Source: Candidatus Thorarchaeota archaeon (GTDB lineage: Archaea; Asgardarchaeota; Thorarchaeia; Thorarchaeales; Thorarchaeaceae). From it: a DNA stretch of 62,944 bases. The position numbers and the translations under genes are program-made. The DNA is taken from the NCBI GenBank assembly GCA_003345545.1, contig PRDH01000009.1, forward strand, positions 1-62,944. The letters run 5' to 3'. Every line of letters begins with the position of its first letter. Within the stretch, counting starts at the first letter, position 1. Shown here one piece after another: positions 20,435 to 29,681 of this stretch. Under the pieces are notes generated by a model, which saw only the letters and a list, made by a program, of their open reading frames with translations, searched no databases and had not been told where the DNA came from.

Positions 20435-21520
20435 TCATCGTCGGAGAACACTCTGTGGGACAGTTCTCAGCGTTTCCGCTGCCTCTTTGACTATTCTCTC
20501 TATGAGCTCCTTAGTTGTGGGTATGTCGTTGATGCGTCCCGTGACCTCTCCTCCAAACATGAGTGCGGTGTCCGGTTTTGCGTCAATCAGGTCATCGAAT
20601 CCTGTGCGCTCTAGCTTCAGGATCTCCTCATTGGAATCAAGAGGTTCGCCTAGATAGAAGCTCGGAATATCACTCAGGGTGCGCCTGACGATAGCCTCTG
20701 CTCTGGCATTGCGAAGGAATCGCATAGGACCGAAGAGACCTCTTCCAACAAGCGTCCGACGTTCCTCTCTCTCAATGATTGCCTGCTTCCACATCGGCTC
20801 AAAGTCACTCTCTTTGGTGGCTATCAAGCGAGTGCCCATCTGGATGCCGACTGCGCCAAGGCAAAGCGCTGCGGCAAGAGAGGCGCCGTCACAGAATCCA
20901 CCTGCCCCGACAACGGGTGTCTTCACTGCTTTACTGACCGCTGGAACCAAGACCATCGAATGTACTGGTTCCCATGAAACATGAGCTCCACCCTCATGGC
21001 CTGAGGCAACGATGATATCGGCTCCTGCCTGTTCTGCCTTCTTTGCATGATAAACAGAAGGCACAACATGTACCCAGATGAAGCCCTCCTGCTTGAGCAC
21101 GGCCCATGGCTTCGGATTTCCAGCAGAGGTCACAATGACCCGCAATGAGCGCTCGGTGTCTGAGTCTGACTTGCACGACTCTATTGTCTGTTTAACGAAC
21201 ATCTCCGATGCCAGCATGAACTCAGAAGCAACAGGAATGTTCACGCCGAAGACGCCACCTGAGGCCCGTGTTCCCTTCGTGACAGCATCAATCGACTTCT
21301 GCAGTATCACGGCCGGCGGGTCATTTCCAAAGAGACGCATTGCATCTATTGGTGCTGCGTCTGGAAGCATTGTTGCTGCCATTCCGATACTGCTAATGAT
21401 GCCCAATGCACCTGCATTGGCTACTGCAATTGCAAGTGCTTCAGTCTTGTATGGACCCATCCCCCCCTGCATGATGGGGTGCTTGATTCCGACTATGTCA
21501 CAGAGTTTCGTGTGCAGCAT
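20435..21520 (-). CDS. Nitronate monooxygenase / FabK-like FMN oxidoreductase
   Basis: HPIMQGGM, NAGALG, GHEGGAH, AGGFCDG, GIQMGTR. Confidence 0.85.
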   Translation of the reverse strand: MLHTKLCDIVGIKHPIMQGGMGPYKTEALAIAVANAGALGIISSIGMAATMLPDAAPIDAMRLFGNDPPAVILQKSIDAVTKGTRASGGVFGVNIPVASEFMLASEMFVKQTIESCKSDSDTERSLRVIVTSAGNPKPWAVLKQEGFIWVHVVPSVYHAKKAEQAGADIIVASGHEGGAHVSWEPVHSMVLVPAVSKAVKTPVVGAGGFCDGASLAAALCLGAVGIQMGTRLIATKESDFEPMWKQAIIEREERRTLVGRGLFGPMRFLRNARAEAIVRRTLSDIPSFYLGEPLDSNEEILKLERTGFDDLIDAKPDTALMFGGEVTGRINDIPTTKELIERIVKEAAETLRTVPQSVLRR

Positions 21521-21544
21521 AGTTCGTTCCTCTCTGCGATAGGA

Positions 21545-21964
21545 TTACTCGTCCAAGAATCTCGTCGGAATCTCTCTTGTTGTCGCAACCAGTTCCAAGG
21601 CCGCCTTTGTGTAGCGCATGACTTTTCCCATGTCGCCATCAAGCTTGAACTTTCGAGCCATGATCCCTTTTATCGGGTCAATCTTGCCATCAAAAAGCAG
21701 CTTCCAGTTCTTCAAAGGCCCTGCATACACAAACTCAGCTTTGTCACCGGGCTTTGCCATTCTAGCTGACCTGCACTTGCCATGCCACAGGTCGATGTAG
21801 AATCTGACGGTTTCTTTGACAGTCTGACCATCTGCGTCTATCTGAAAGACAAAGTCGCCTTCCCAGGTCTTGGCCGCATCTTCATACCTTGCGTTCTTGT
21901 TCAAAGCCTCTACGTACTTCGCTATCCATTCATCTGAGGGAAATACAAGTTTCTCGGTCATCAA
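21545..21964 (-). CDS. SCP2 (sterol carrier protein 2) lipid-binding domain protein
   Basis: FPSDEW, DLWHGKC, DPIKGIMARKFKLDGDM, typical of prokaryotic SCP2. Confidence 0.85.
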   Translation of the reverse strand: MMTEKLVFPSDEWIAKYVEALNKNARYEDAAKTWEGDFVFQIDADGQTVKETVRFYIDLWHGKCRSARMAKPGDKAEFVYAGPLKNWKLLFDGKIDPIKGIMARKFKLDGDMGKVMRYTKAALELVATTREIPTRFLDE

Positions 21965-22043
21965 GAATCTCTCCAGTGGCGAACAATGAGAATCGTGAGA
22001 GAAAAGGATTCCGACTCCTAGTTCCTTCCGCTGCTTCTGTTAA

Positions 22044-22745
22044 TCATTTGCGCTGTTTCAGGAAGTATGCTGGATCAACCACTCGTAAACTGAAATCCGC
22101 GGCCATCTTCCTACCATTGTCAAGTTGTCCGATGGTATCCAATGAATGTGAATCACTGCCCAGGGTGAAGATGCAGTCATAATCCTCGGCTTGCTCGAAG
22201 AAACCAGTATGCTCAGACATGTACTTCTCATTAAGTTCAATGGCAACTCCTGCCTCAGCTAGGACTCGAGCTGCGATATCGCCATCCTCCTCTCTATATG
22301 AGGAGAGGAATCCATCCCAGTGCCCTAGGATGTCGAACTGCCTCTTCTTCACAACCTTTGAGAGAGTCGAAGCCCACTGAGTGGAGTCCGAAGCCCAGTG
22401 AAACGAACCTATGATGAGGTCGAACTGGCCTAGTCCTCCTGCTACCGGGGCAAGGCTTCCATCTGATTGGATATCCACCTCGGTACAGTCGAGGACCTCT
22501 AATGCAGGATACTCAGATCCTGCTATTTCGATTTCTCTACGCCTACTCATTATGATGTTCTCTCCTCCCTGACGTGACCCCAAGGATGGCCAGAAGTGAT
22601 CTGCTAAGGCTATGGTTTCAAGGTTGAGCGTATTTGCTCGACTTGCGATTTCATGAACACTTGCTGCCCCATCAGAGCAGTCTGAGTGAATGTGCAAATC
22701 GTAGTGTGTGTCCCGCATCTTGTATCGTTGCAAGACGAAGCGCAA
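22044..22745 (-). CDS. PHP-family metallophosphoesterase
   Basis: DLHIHS..SDG, ADH, E.D, GSFH, GH, GSDSH. Confidence 0.87.
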   Translation of the reverse strand: MRFVLQRYKMRDTHYDLHIHSDCSDGAASVHEIASRANTLNLETIALADHFWPSLGSRQGGENIIMSRRREIEIAGSEYPALEVLDCTEVDIQSDGSLAPVAGGLGQFDLIIGSFHWASDSTQWASTLSKVVKKRQFDILGHWDGFLSSYREEDGDIAARVLAEAGVAIELNEKYMSEHTGFFEQAEDYDCIFTLGSDSHSLDTIGQLDNGRKMAADFSLRVVDPAYFLKQRK

Positions 22746-22997
22746 TTTAACTCAACCTCTTGCCTTTGCCCATCCTATTCGTGTACCTTCACTCTCGCGT
22801 CCTACTTGGCGATAGGAGAATTAGTCTTCAAGAATACTGAGTCGTTTCATTACTCTGCAAAGCTTGAACCATGCCGGAGGCGTCTCTGACTGAACTCCGC
22901 AGTAGCCGCATTCGCGGACAGAGTAATGCATAAATCATCAGCTTTCGACCAAATGCAGAGCTCACCAGAAGCTGCGCCTATTGGGATAGTGGAACGC

Positions 22998-23900
22998 GTG
23001 GACGAGTTGGACAAGAAGATAATGGCCGAGCTGCAAACCAATTGCAGGGTTAGCTATCAAGAATTGTCTCGTACCCACGGTATATCGGCCAATGCTATTC
23101 GCAGACGTATCCTGCATCTCGAGGAGACCGGAGAGATTGCAGGGTATAGCGTCTATCTCTCACCAGCAATGATGGGTGCCGAACGTCTGTTCGGTCTGCT
23201 TTCATCTGACGGTACAAGAGATGAATTCGAACTGGTTGATGAGATTGGTTCGCATCGTAATATCCTGGCTGCAGCGGCATACTCAAACGGTACCTATGCA
23301 TTGGTTGCGGAATATCGAAGTTCTGAGGAATTTCTCGATTTAAGTTCATTCCTGCGAAAATTGGAGAGCATTAAAGCTGTTGAATTGCATCCTATTCTTG
23401 CACCTCGTGGGACTGCGATAGAGCTCTCTGCTTTGCACCTTCGAGTTCTAAAACCACTACTGGAAGACCCCTGCATGTCAGTCGTGGAGATTGCTAAGAA
23501 GAGCGGTCTTACTGCACGTCGTGTCAGAAGATTGCTTGACCAACTAGAGAGCAGCGGAGCTATACGGTTCAGAGCACTTCTCGAACTTGGAGCAGCATCA
23601 AGCATCCCATTCATCGCCAAAATCACTTGGGATGAGAAGAAAACCACCTATCTGCCAATTCTTGATTGGATCGAGAAAACGTATCCTTTGGTGCATTGGG
23701 AGTCCTATGTTTCTGCATCTGAGCCAGTTCTTTACTCGCTGCTAGCAGCCCAGAACCTCACAGAGGCCGTAAAGTTCACACGTGAGATTCGGAATCATTC
23801 TCCTGTGAAGGGCGTTATGGCATTCTTTGGCGGGCATCACAAGTTCTTTGCTAACTATCGTCGCAGCAAACTCCGAGAAATGGTTGAATCTATTGACTGA
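22998..23900 (+). CDS. Lrp/AsnC-family regulator with two tandem HTH-effector modules (start probably GTG at 22998)
   Basis: DELDKKIMAELQ.NCRVSY..L...HGIS...IRRRI..L and a second HTH LRVL..L.EDP.MS..EIAKKSGLT...VRR.L..L. Confidence 0.82.
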   Translation: MDELDKKIMAELQTNCRVSYQELSRTHGISANAIRRRILHLEETGEIAGYSVYLSPAMMGAERLFGLLSSDGTRDEFELVDEIGSHRNILAAAAYSNGTYALVAEYRSSEEFLDLSSFLRKLESIKAVELHPILAPRGTAIELSALHLRVLKPLLEDPCMSVVEIAKKSGLTARRVRRLLDQLESSGAIRFRALLELGAASSIPFIAKITWDEKKTTYLPILDWIEKTYPLVHWESYVSASEPVLYSLLAAQNLTEAVKFTREIRNHSPVKGVMAFFGGHHKFFANYRRSKLREMVESID

Positions 23901-23972
23901 CCTGAGCCAGCGCAACTCGCCATGTTTCCTGCCTCAAACGGCCCCATATTCAATGACTGTGCTTGATTACTG

Positions 23973-24076
23973 TGAAACGTTTGATGTTTGGCGTTTATCA
24001 AACACTTTATAAGCAATTGCATCTATGTTTGATACATGTCAAACGTTTGGTACGTAACAAGCCGAAACGTTTGATG
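23973..24076. promoter_or_regulatory. Promoter with TATA-like TTTATAAG (24006-24013) flanked by three palindromic AAACGTTT operator-like boxes
   Basis: AAACGTTT at 23975, 24041 and 24065; GAAACGTTTGATG occurs twice; lies in the intergenic region before ATG 24098. Confidence 0.65.
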
Positions 24077-24097
24077 AACCTTTCAACGGTGTATACA

Positions 24098-25036
24098 ATG
24101 TCTACAACATACAAAACAATCATCAACGACATGAAGACGAGCCTCAAGCTCGCCTGGGGACGTGCTCTGAGCTACTTCCTAGCGAACTTGGGCATGTTGA
24201 TTGTCGTTGCTATTCTTGGGCTATTAATCGCGATACCTGTTGCTGCTGTTGCATTTCTGGCGTTTGCACCTTTTTCCTATGCCAGCATGAATGCTCTAGC
24301 GGAATGGGCGAATGATAACTTCCTCATCTCGGGCTCTGTCATAGTCCTGGTGGGGATATTCATCGTGTCCCTGCTCATGGTCGTCAGTGGATCCATCTAC
24401 GGAATGAGCCATGACCTTGTGACGAAGGGCGATACTCGGGCTGAGGCGGCCTTCTCCTATCTCCGACGCAAGTTCCTTACTTTCATGAGTACAGGTGCGA
24501 TGCTTGCCATCATTGTCCTACTGGCGCCAGTCGTTGCCTGGGGCCTTGCATCCCATAGCCCAACAGCTGGTTTTAACTTCAACATCATCACTCCTCCCAC
24601 AGCCGCACTACTGACCGTGTTCACCTTTGTGTGGATCTTCTTCACTGGCGGTCTGACATCCATGGTGTTTCCAGCTGTTGTGAGCGGTAAGGGCGTTCAG
24701 GCAGCATTCAAGGAGTCCTTCTCTCTTGCCACCCGACACTTTGATCGTATCTTCGGACTCTTGAGTGCCATTGTGCTCCTGCTTGCAGCTACCTTCGGTC
24801 CTGTCGTCCTCTTGGGATTCCTTGCGCCACAACTCGTCGCGCCACCCATGATTCCACCTATGATGATGGCATACATACCAGTCATTGCAGCCGTGGGGAT
24901 ATGGACAGTTGTCTCAGTCTTCCTCTGGCTCCTCCTCTTCCTACCCACGGTGAGGATTGCCTGGGTTCGGGTCTATCAAGAACTCACTGGCGGAACTATT
25001 GCAGCGCAGAGTGTAGTCGATATGCCCATTGTGTAG
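24098..25036 (+). CDS. Multi-pass membrane protein of unknown function (paralog 1)
   Basis: About 6 hydrophobic helices; similar to the next gene; ATG 24098 preferred because the longer ORF overlaps the promoter. Confidence 0.75.
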   Translation: MSTTYKTIINDMKTSLKLAWGRALSYFLANLGMLIVVAILGLLIAIPVAAVAFLAFAPFSYASMNALAEWANDNFLISGSVIVLVGIFIVSLLMVVSGSIYGMSHDLVTKGDTRAEAAFSYLRRKFLTFMSTGAMLAIIVLLAPVVAWGLASHSPTAGFNFNIITPPTAALLTVFTFVWIFFTGGLTSMVFPAVVSGKGVQAAFKESFSLATRHFDRIFGLLSAIVLLLAATFGPVVLLGFLAPQLVAPPMIPPMMMAYIPVIAAVGIWTVVSVFLWLLLFLPTVRIAWVRVYQELTGGTIAAQSVVDMPIV

Positions 25037-25049
25037 TTGTGATGAACTT

Positions 25050-25095
25050 GAGAGTGTCTTTGGGGGTAACTTCAAGACACTCTCTCCCTATCTTT
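25050..25095 (+). terminator. Intergenic stem-loop (terminator, attenuator or processing site)
   Basis: 11-bp perfect stem GAGAGTGTCTT / AAGACACTCTC followed by a pyrimidine tract, 14 nt after the stop. Confidence 0.5.
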
Positions 25096-25112
25096 CTAGG
25101 TGTGAATCAAAA

Positions 25113-26057
25113 ATGAAAAACGCGAGCTTTCATGCAATTGTTGAAGACTTGAAGATCAGCTTCAAGTTTGCGACACGGAATCTCATCTCTTACATCCTCG
25201 CGCTCCTTGGTGTTATCATCATCTCAGCCATTCTGCTGGTTCTCGTCGCGGCGATGATCTTCATTCCACTCTTCTTTGTGAGTGGTGGTCTGGAGGGACT
25301 CATCGCATTGTTCACATCATTCGGTACAATGACTGAGGCGGGATTCACCAATATCGCTGTCGGAGGTCTACTGATAGCGCTTCCTCTTGTGGCTCCTTTC
25401 TTCGTTGCCATTGGTGCGATGTTCGGCATGGGCCGTGAAATCGTGGAGAGTGAAGGGACAAGTATTGAGGGTGTGTTCACTTGGTACAGGAGGAAATTCT
25501 TCTCGCTTGCCGGAGGTGGCATAGTGCTCTTCTTGGTCGTGCTTGGTCCGCTGATACTCATCCTCTTGGCGGGGAGTGTCATCTTCGGAGTCGAGTTCTT
25601 TGGCTTCATGATTATTGGTGCCAGTCCAGCCAGCTACATGTATCCGGTCATTGGCGCACTGCTGACGATTTGGTTTGTAGTGAGTACGGGCCTTCTCTCG
25701 ATGTTATTTCCAGCTATAATAGATGGGCACTCTGTACTTGACGCTACTAGAAAATCAATAAAGATGAGTATCCAATACTTTGACAGAGTCTTCGGGGTCT
25801 GGATAGCCTTCATGGCCATCCTGGGTGCATGCCTCTTACCGCTCACTGGATTCCCATGGGTTCTTGCTGCACCTTGGCCATGGATAGCTCTATTATCAGT
25901 CCTTGCTATTCCGGCCATTCTGATTCTGATCTTTGTATACTTGCCAGCTCTTACGATCGGACTCACGAGGGTCTACATGATCCTGACTGCTGACGATGAC
26001 GAAGAAACCACTCCCCAGGAGGATGGGACTGGTCCTAACTTCATTGGGGGCCTATAG
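25113..26057 (+). CDS. Multi-pass membrane protein of unknown function (paralog 2)
   Basis: Shared motifs with the upstream gene (D.K.S.K.A, RRKF, SM.FPA, FDR.FG, RVY); AGGTGTGA upstream of ATG 25113. Confidence 0.75.
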   Translation: MKNASFHAIVEDLKISFKFATRNLISYILALLGVIIISAILLVLVAAMIFIPLFFVSGGLEGLIALFTSFGTMTEAGFTNIAVGGLLIALPLVAPFFVAIGAMFGMGREIVESEGTSIEGVFTWYRRKFFSLAGGGIVLFLVVLGPLILILLAGSVIFGVEFFGFMIIGASPASYMYPVIGALLTIWFVVSTGLLSMLFPAIIDGHSVLDATRKSIKMSIQYFDRVFGVWIAFMAILGACLLPLTGFPWVLAAPWPWIALLSVLAIPAILILIFVYLPALTIGLTRVYMILTADDDEETTPQEDGTGPNFIGGL

Positions 26058-26060
26058 AAT

Positions 26061-26693
26061 ATGGTTGGCTCCAAGATTAAACATCGAGTCAAGGATATGG
26101 AGATCATCGAAGACAAGAAGCTGATTCAGCTTCTGATGGAGCCGACTAGAGCAAAGATAATTTTCGACTATCTTGTCAAGGATGCGATGACTGTGAAACA
26201 GCTCGCAGACTTGACGCGCAAAAATCCTGGTACAATACTGCATCACATTCAGAAGTTGAAAGAAGTAGGTCTTGTCTTTGAGGAACGAACCGAGCAGACA
26301 CAGACTGGCATTGTCCAGAGATATTATCGGGCTTCTGCACGAGAGTATCGCATGGGCATCAGCGAGATGGTGCAGGCCACCGGAGATGATGCAACAAAGC
26401 GCCTGAGGTCCATGATAACAAGCCTCTCAGTCTATGGTATAGACATTCCAGAGCGTCAGATTGGCGAGGCTGTGGACTTGTTGACGGCGCTGATCGATAG
26501 GGAGAACGAGATCAGCTCTAGTAACCTTATCGTGAACGAGGATCAGCATGATGAGCTGTCATCCTCGGATAGAGGCGACGCTTCGCGAATCATGCGCCGC
26601 TTTGCTCTGGAAGAAGATTCGCAATATAGAGAACTGCGGGATAGATGGCATAATTTTCTGCGGTCTCACAGAACAGGTGTTAGAAATGAGTAA
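26061..26693 (+). CDS. ArsR-like winged-helix transcriptional regulator
   Basis: EPTRAKI, MTVKQLA, PGTILHHIQKLKEVGLV, GIVQRYY. Confidence 0.85.
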   Translation: MVGSKIKHRVKDMEIIEDKKLIQLLMEPTRAKIIFDYLVKDAMTVKQLADLTRKNPGTILHHIQKLKEVGLVFEERTEQTQTGIVQRYYRASAREYRMGISEMVQATGDDATKRLRSMITSLSVYGIDIPERQIGEAVDLLTALIDRENEISSSNLIVNEDQHDELSSSDRGDASRIMRRFALEEDSQYRELRDRWHNFLRSHRTGVRNE

Positions 26694-27444
26694 TTATCAA
26701 AGAAATCCAACTATGGTCGGATGTATTCTTGCAGTTCTAGTGATTGGTGCTGTTGCTGTAGGGTTTTTGGCCTACTATGGAACTAGCTACTTCAACTGGA
26801 ACTTCAACCCGGCGACTACAGACTTCTCCTTCGAGGCGGAAGTAGGCGCCACCAACGAAACAGTAGCTCTCGATGTCAACGTAGCAGCAGGTAGTATCTC
26901 CATTGTCTTCGTAGACAACGAGTCTTTGCTGTACGAAATCGATATGCTGGTTCAGAACACGACTCTTGATACTGAAGGGGTTCCAACTGTCAGTTTCATA
27001 GGTAACACAATTGGCGTCGAGTATCCTAGTTTGGGTATGAATATCACCTTGGGCAGTGGCGTAAACTACACAATCAACATTCTCACCCAGAGTGGTAGTG
27101 TCAGCGTTGTGTTCGGTGCTGGCGCCCATATCGGAGATTTGACAGCCTCAGTGACTTCGGGCAGTATCAGCATTGTAATGGTTGATGACACTGTGCTACT
27201 GGGCAGCCCCACCTTTGATTTGCAGACTACCACCGGTGGCATCTCAATTGTTGCAGATCTCCCATCAGGCGTTGGTGGCAGTATTGAATGTGCCACTTCT
27301 CTCGGGAGTGTTAGTATCACTGCTGCTGGCTGGACGGAGATAACCTCCAATCACTATGAAACAACTGACTACGATACTGCTTCTCAGACCTTAACGATAG
27401 TTGCTCAAACTGGTCTTGGCGGGGTCAGTGCAGTACTTACGTAG
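26686..27444 (+). CDS. Membrane-anchored beta-strand repeat protein (DUF4097/adhesin-like)
   Basis: N-terminal TM; repeated x-x-GSI/VS-I units (AAGSISI, QSGSVSV, TSGSISI, TTGGISI, SLGSVSI). Confidence 0.65.
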   Translation: MSNYQRNPTMVGCILAVLVIGAVAVGFLAYYGTSYFNWNFNPATTDFSFEAEVGATNETVALDVNVAAGSISIVFVDNESLLYEIDMLVQNTTLDTEGVPTVSFIGNTIGVEYPSLGMNITLGSGVNYTINILTQSGSVSVVFGAGAHIGDLTASVTSGSISIVMVDDTVLLGSPTFDLQTTTGGISIVADLPSGVGGSIECATSLGSVSITAAGWTEITSNHYETTDYDTASQTLTIVAQTGLGGVSAVLT

Positions 27445-27452
27445 TTCAATCT

Positions 27453-27485
27453 AAGAGGGGAATATCCCCTCTTCCCACTCTTTTT
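27453..27485 (+). terminator. Putative intrinsic terminator
   Basis: AAGAGGGG-AATAT-CCCCTCTT hairpin followed by CCCACTCTTTTT immediately after the operon's last stop. Confidence 0.6.
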
Positions 27486-27536
27486 GCAGGTGGCTATCAA
27501 TGGCTTTAATTCCGATTATCTCCAGTCAGTGGAACT

Positions 27537-28142
27537 ATGAACGAGAAAGACAACCACCCCGGCGAAATTGATCTGAGCAGGTTCTACGTTCTTCCCAAAC
27601 AGGAGCTTCATATCAAGGACTTTGATAACAGAGGTGATTGGATTCTCGACATCGGGGGCGGCGGAGAGGGCATCATTGGGCTTCTAAAGGGTCGTGATGT
27701 CATTGCTATTGACCGTGTCAAGCGAGAGCTTGAAGAGACGAAGAACAGCTCACTGAAGATAGTCATGGATGTCAGTGAACTACGATTTCTGGATGCTTCC
27801 TTTTCCTACGCTACTGCATTCTTCACGTTCATGTATATACCCGAAGCAGACTTCGAGGCTGCATTGTCAGAAATATGGCGGGTGCTAAGGCCTGGAGGAG
27901 CTCTCATGGTATGGGAGCCTATCTTTACTATTCCACAGGAAGAGAAATCGAAGAAGCTCGCAGTGATTCCCCTGGAGATACACCTTCCTGATGGCACAGT
28001 CATAGAAACCGGCTATGGTGGGGTCTTACGAGATCAAAGCATTGAAACAATCATGAGGCCTGCAAAGAAGACCGGATTCAGAGTTATTGAGAAGAAGGTT
28101 GACAAGCACACATTCTACGTAAAGTTCCAGAAACCTGATTGA
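27537..28142 (+). CDS. Class I SAM-dependent methyltransferase
   Basis: ILDIGGGGEG motif I, MDVSEL.F.DASF, RVLRPGG. Confidence 0.88.
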   Translation: MNEKDNHPGEIDLSRFYVLPKQELHIKDFDNRGDWILDIGGGGEGIIGLLKGRDVIAIDRVKRELEETKNSSLKIVMDVSELRFLDASFSYATAFFTFMYIPEADFEAALSEIWRVLRPGGALMVWEPIFTIPQEEKSKKLAVIPLEIHLPDGTVIETGYGGVLRDQSIETIMRPAKKTGFRVIEKKVDKHTFYVKFQKPD

Positions 28143-28254
28143 CCTGTTGGAAACTCGTGAAGGCCTTGAATAGTGGGCGCGTTTCAGGGAAATGTAATCA
28201 ACTGCACGATAAGAGTTATCCATGATTGCACGCGCATGATTGGTGGTGCTTGAA

Positions 28255-29616
28255 ATGCTTGAGATACGATCCAAGACAACCAAGAATGGATTTTCCATAC
28301 AATTCAAAGATCACTCCTATCCAGTCCTGTATCCACCGGGATATTGGGAAAGGGTACCTAAGGACACACGCAAGGCTCTGACAGATAACCTTGCATTAGC
28401 AACTACGATGCACCTCCCACTGATCTTCAATGACTCGCGAATCACCTACTACTCTGGTCGACCATTGCTAGAGCCTTATTTCGTTGACAATTTCATGAGA
28501 GATATTCCATCATGTGCTGAGGTAGATGGCACTGATACAGCAGAGATGGTACGCAAGTTTTTCGAGACTCAGTATGTGTTCACAGACTCTGAGATTACTG
28601 TGCCATCTCCTGAACCTGTTGAAGATCCATATCGTGCAATTGTCGGGCTCAGCTTCGGCAAGGACAGTCTCCTCGTGTACGCTATTGCAGATGAAATAGG
28701 CCTTGATCCTGAGGCTGGCTACCTCGTGGAAGACAGCATGCTCTATGAGGAGAAACACAAGAGAGAACTGGCGAAGAGGTTCAAGAAGGAGTTTGGAAAG
28801 TCGCTCCATGTCCTCAGGCACGATACGGGAAAACTTAGGCACTACGCCTACCTTGGTTTGCCTTTCTCAGATCTCGGATGGGGGCTTCAATCGACTGAGT
28901 ATGCCATTGATCTCATCCCTCTTGCCTATGCATTGCAGGGCAAGTACATTCTATTTGGGAATGAACAGACTACTGCCGAAACGTTTGTGAACGAAAAGGA
29001 TGGATGGTTCATCTATCCGTGTTATGACCAGACCCATACTTGGACAGTCCACTTGGATCAGATTACAAAGGCATTCTCAGGCCGGACGGTGAAAACTGGA
29101 AGCCTCATCGAGCCAATAATGGACATGATGGTCCAGAGAACCCTTGTACACAGATATCCAAAGTATGCCAAGTACCAGATGAGTTGCTTTACTGAGACTG
29201 AGGCTGGTCGTGACTATCACTGGTGCCATGATTGCACGATTTGTAGCAAGATGTATCTTCTATGTGCTGGTAGTGGTATTGATCCAAAGTCAATTGGCTT
29301 CCGTGCGAACATGTTTACGCGGGATAAGAAACAGTACTTTACGGTGTTCAATGGCAAGTCTGCTCTTCCATATGCAAATACGGTCACTGCTAGAGACGAA
29401 CAAATCTTTGCTTTCTATTGCGCTGTAAAGAAGGGCGTCAAGGGGCCACTTGTCGATGATTTCAAGAAGTCCGCTCTTTTCAATGAGGCTGTTGCCAGGG
29501 AAGATGAGCTGCTCAAGAGGTTCATACATCTCTACGACCCAATAACTGTGCCGGCTGAGCTGAAGGAGCAAGTGATGTCTATCTTCCGTGAAGAGATTTC
29601 TTCCTTTGAAATCTAG
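28255..29616 (+). CDS. MurL/QueC-like PP-loop adenylating enzyme with C-terminal Cys4 Zn site
   Basis: LSFGKDS PP-loop, GNEQ, SLIEP, MSCF...WCHDCTIC. Confidence 0.6.
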   Translation: MLEIRSKTTKNGFSIQFKDHSYPVLYPPGYWERVPKDTRKALTDNLALATTMHLPLIFNDSRITYYSGRPLLEPYFVDNFMRDIPSCAEVDGTDTAEMVRKFFETQYVFTDSEITVPSPEPVEDPYRAIVGLSFGKDSLLVYAIADEIGLDPEAGYLVEDSMLYEEKHKRELAKRFKKEFGKSLHVLRHDTGKLRHYAYLGLPFSDLGWGLQSTEYAIDLIPLAYALQGKYILFGNEQTTAETFVNEKDGWFIYPCYDQTHTWTVHLDQITKAFSGRTVKTGSLIEPIMDMMVQRTLVHRYPKYAKYQMSCFTETEAGRDYHWCHDCTICSKMYLLCAGSGIDPKSIGFRANMFTRDKKQYFTVFNGKSALPYANTVTARDEQIFAFYCAVKKGVKGPLVDDFKKSALFNEAVAREDELLKRFIHLYDPITVPAELKEQVMSIFREEISSFEI

Positions 29617-29681
29617 GTCATCACATGAAATCCAGTATCAAGCATATAAGCGGGACATGGAATCATTAGGATGTGTGAGAT

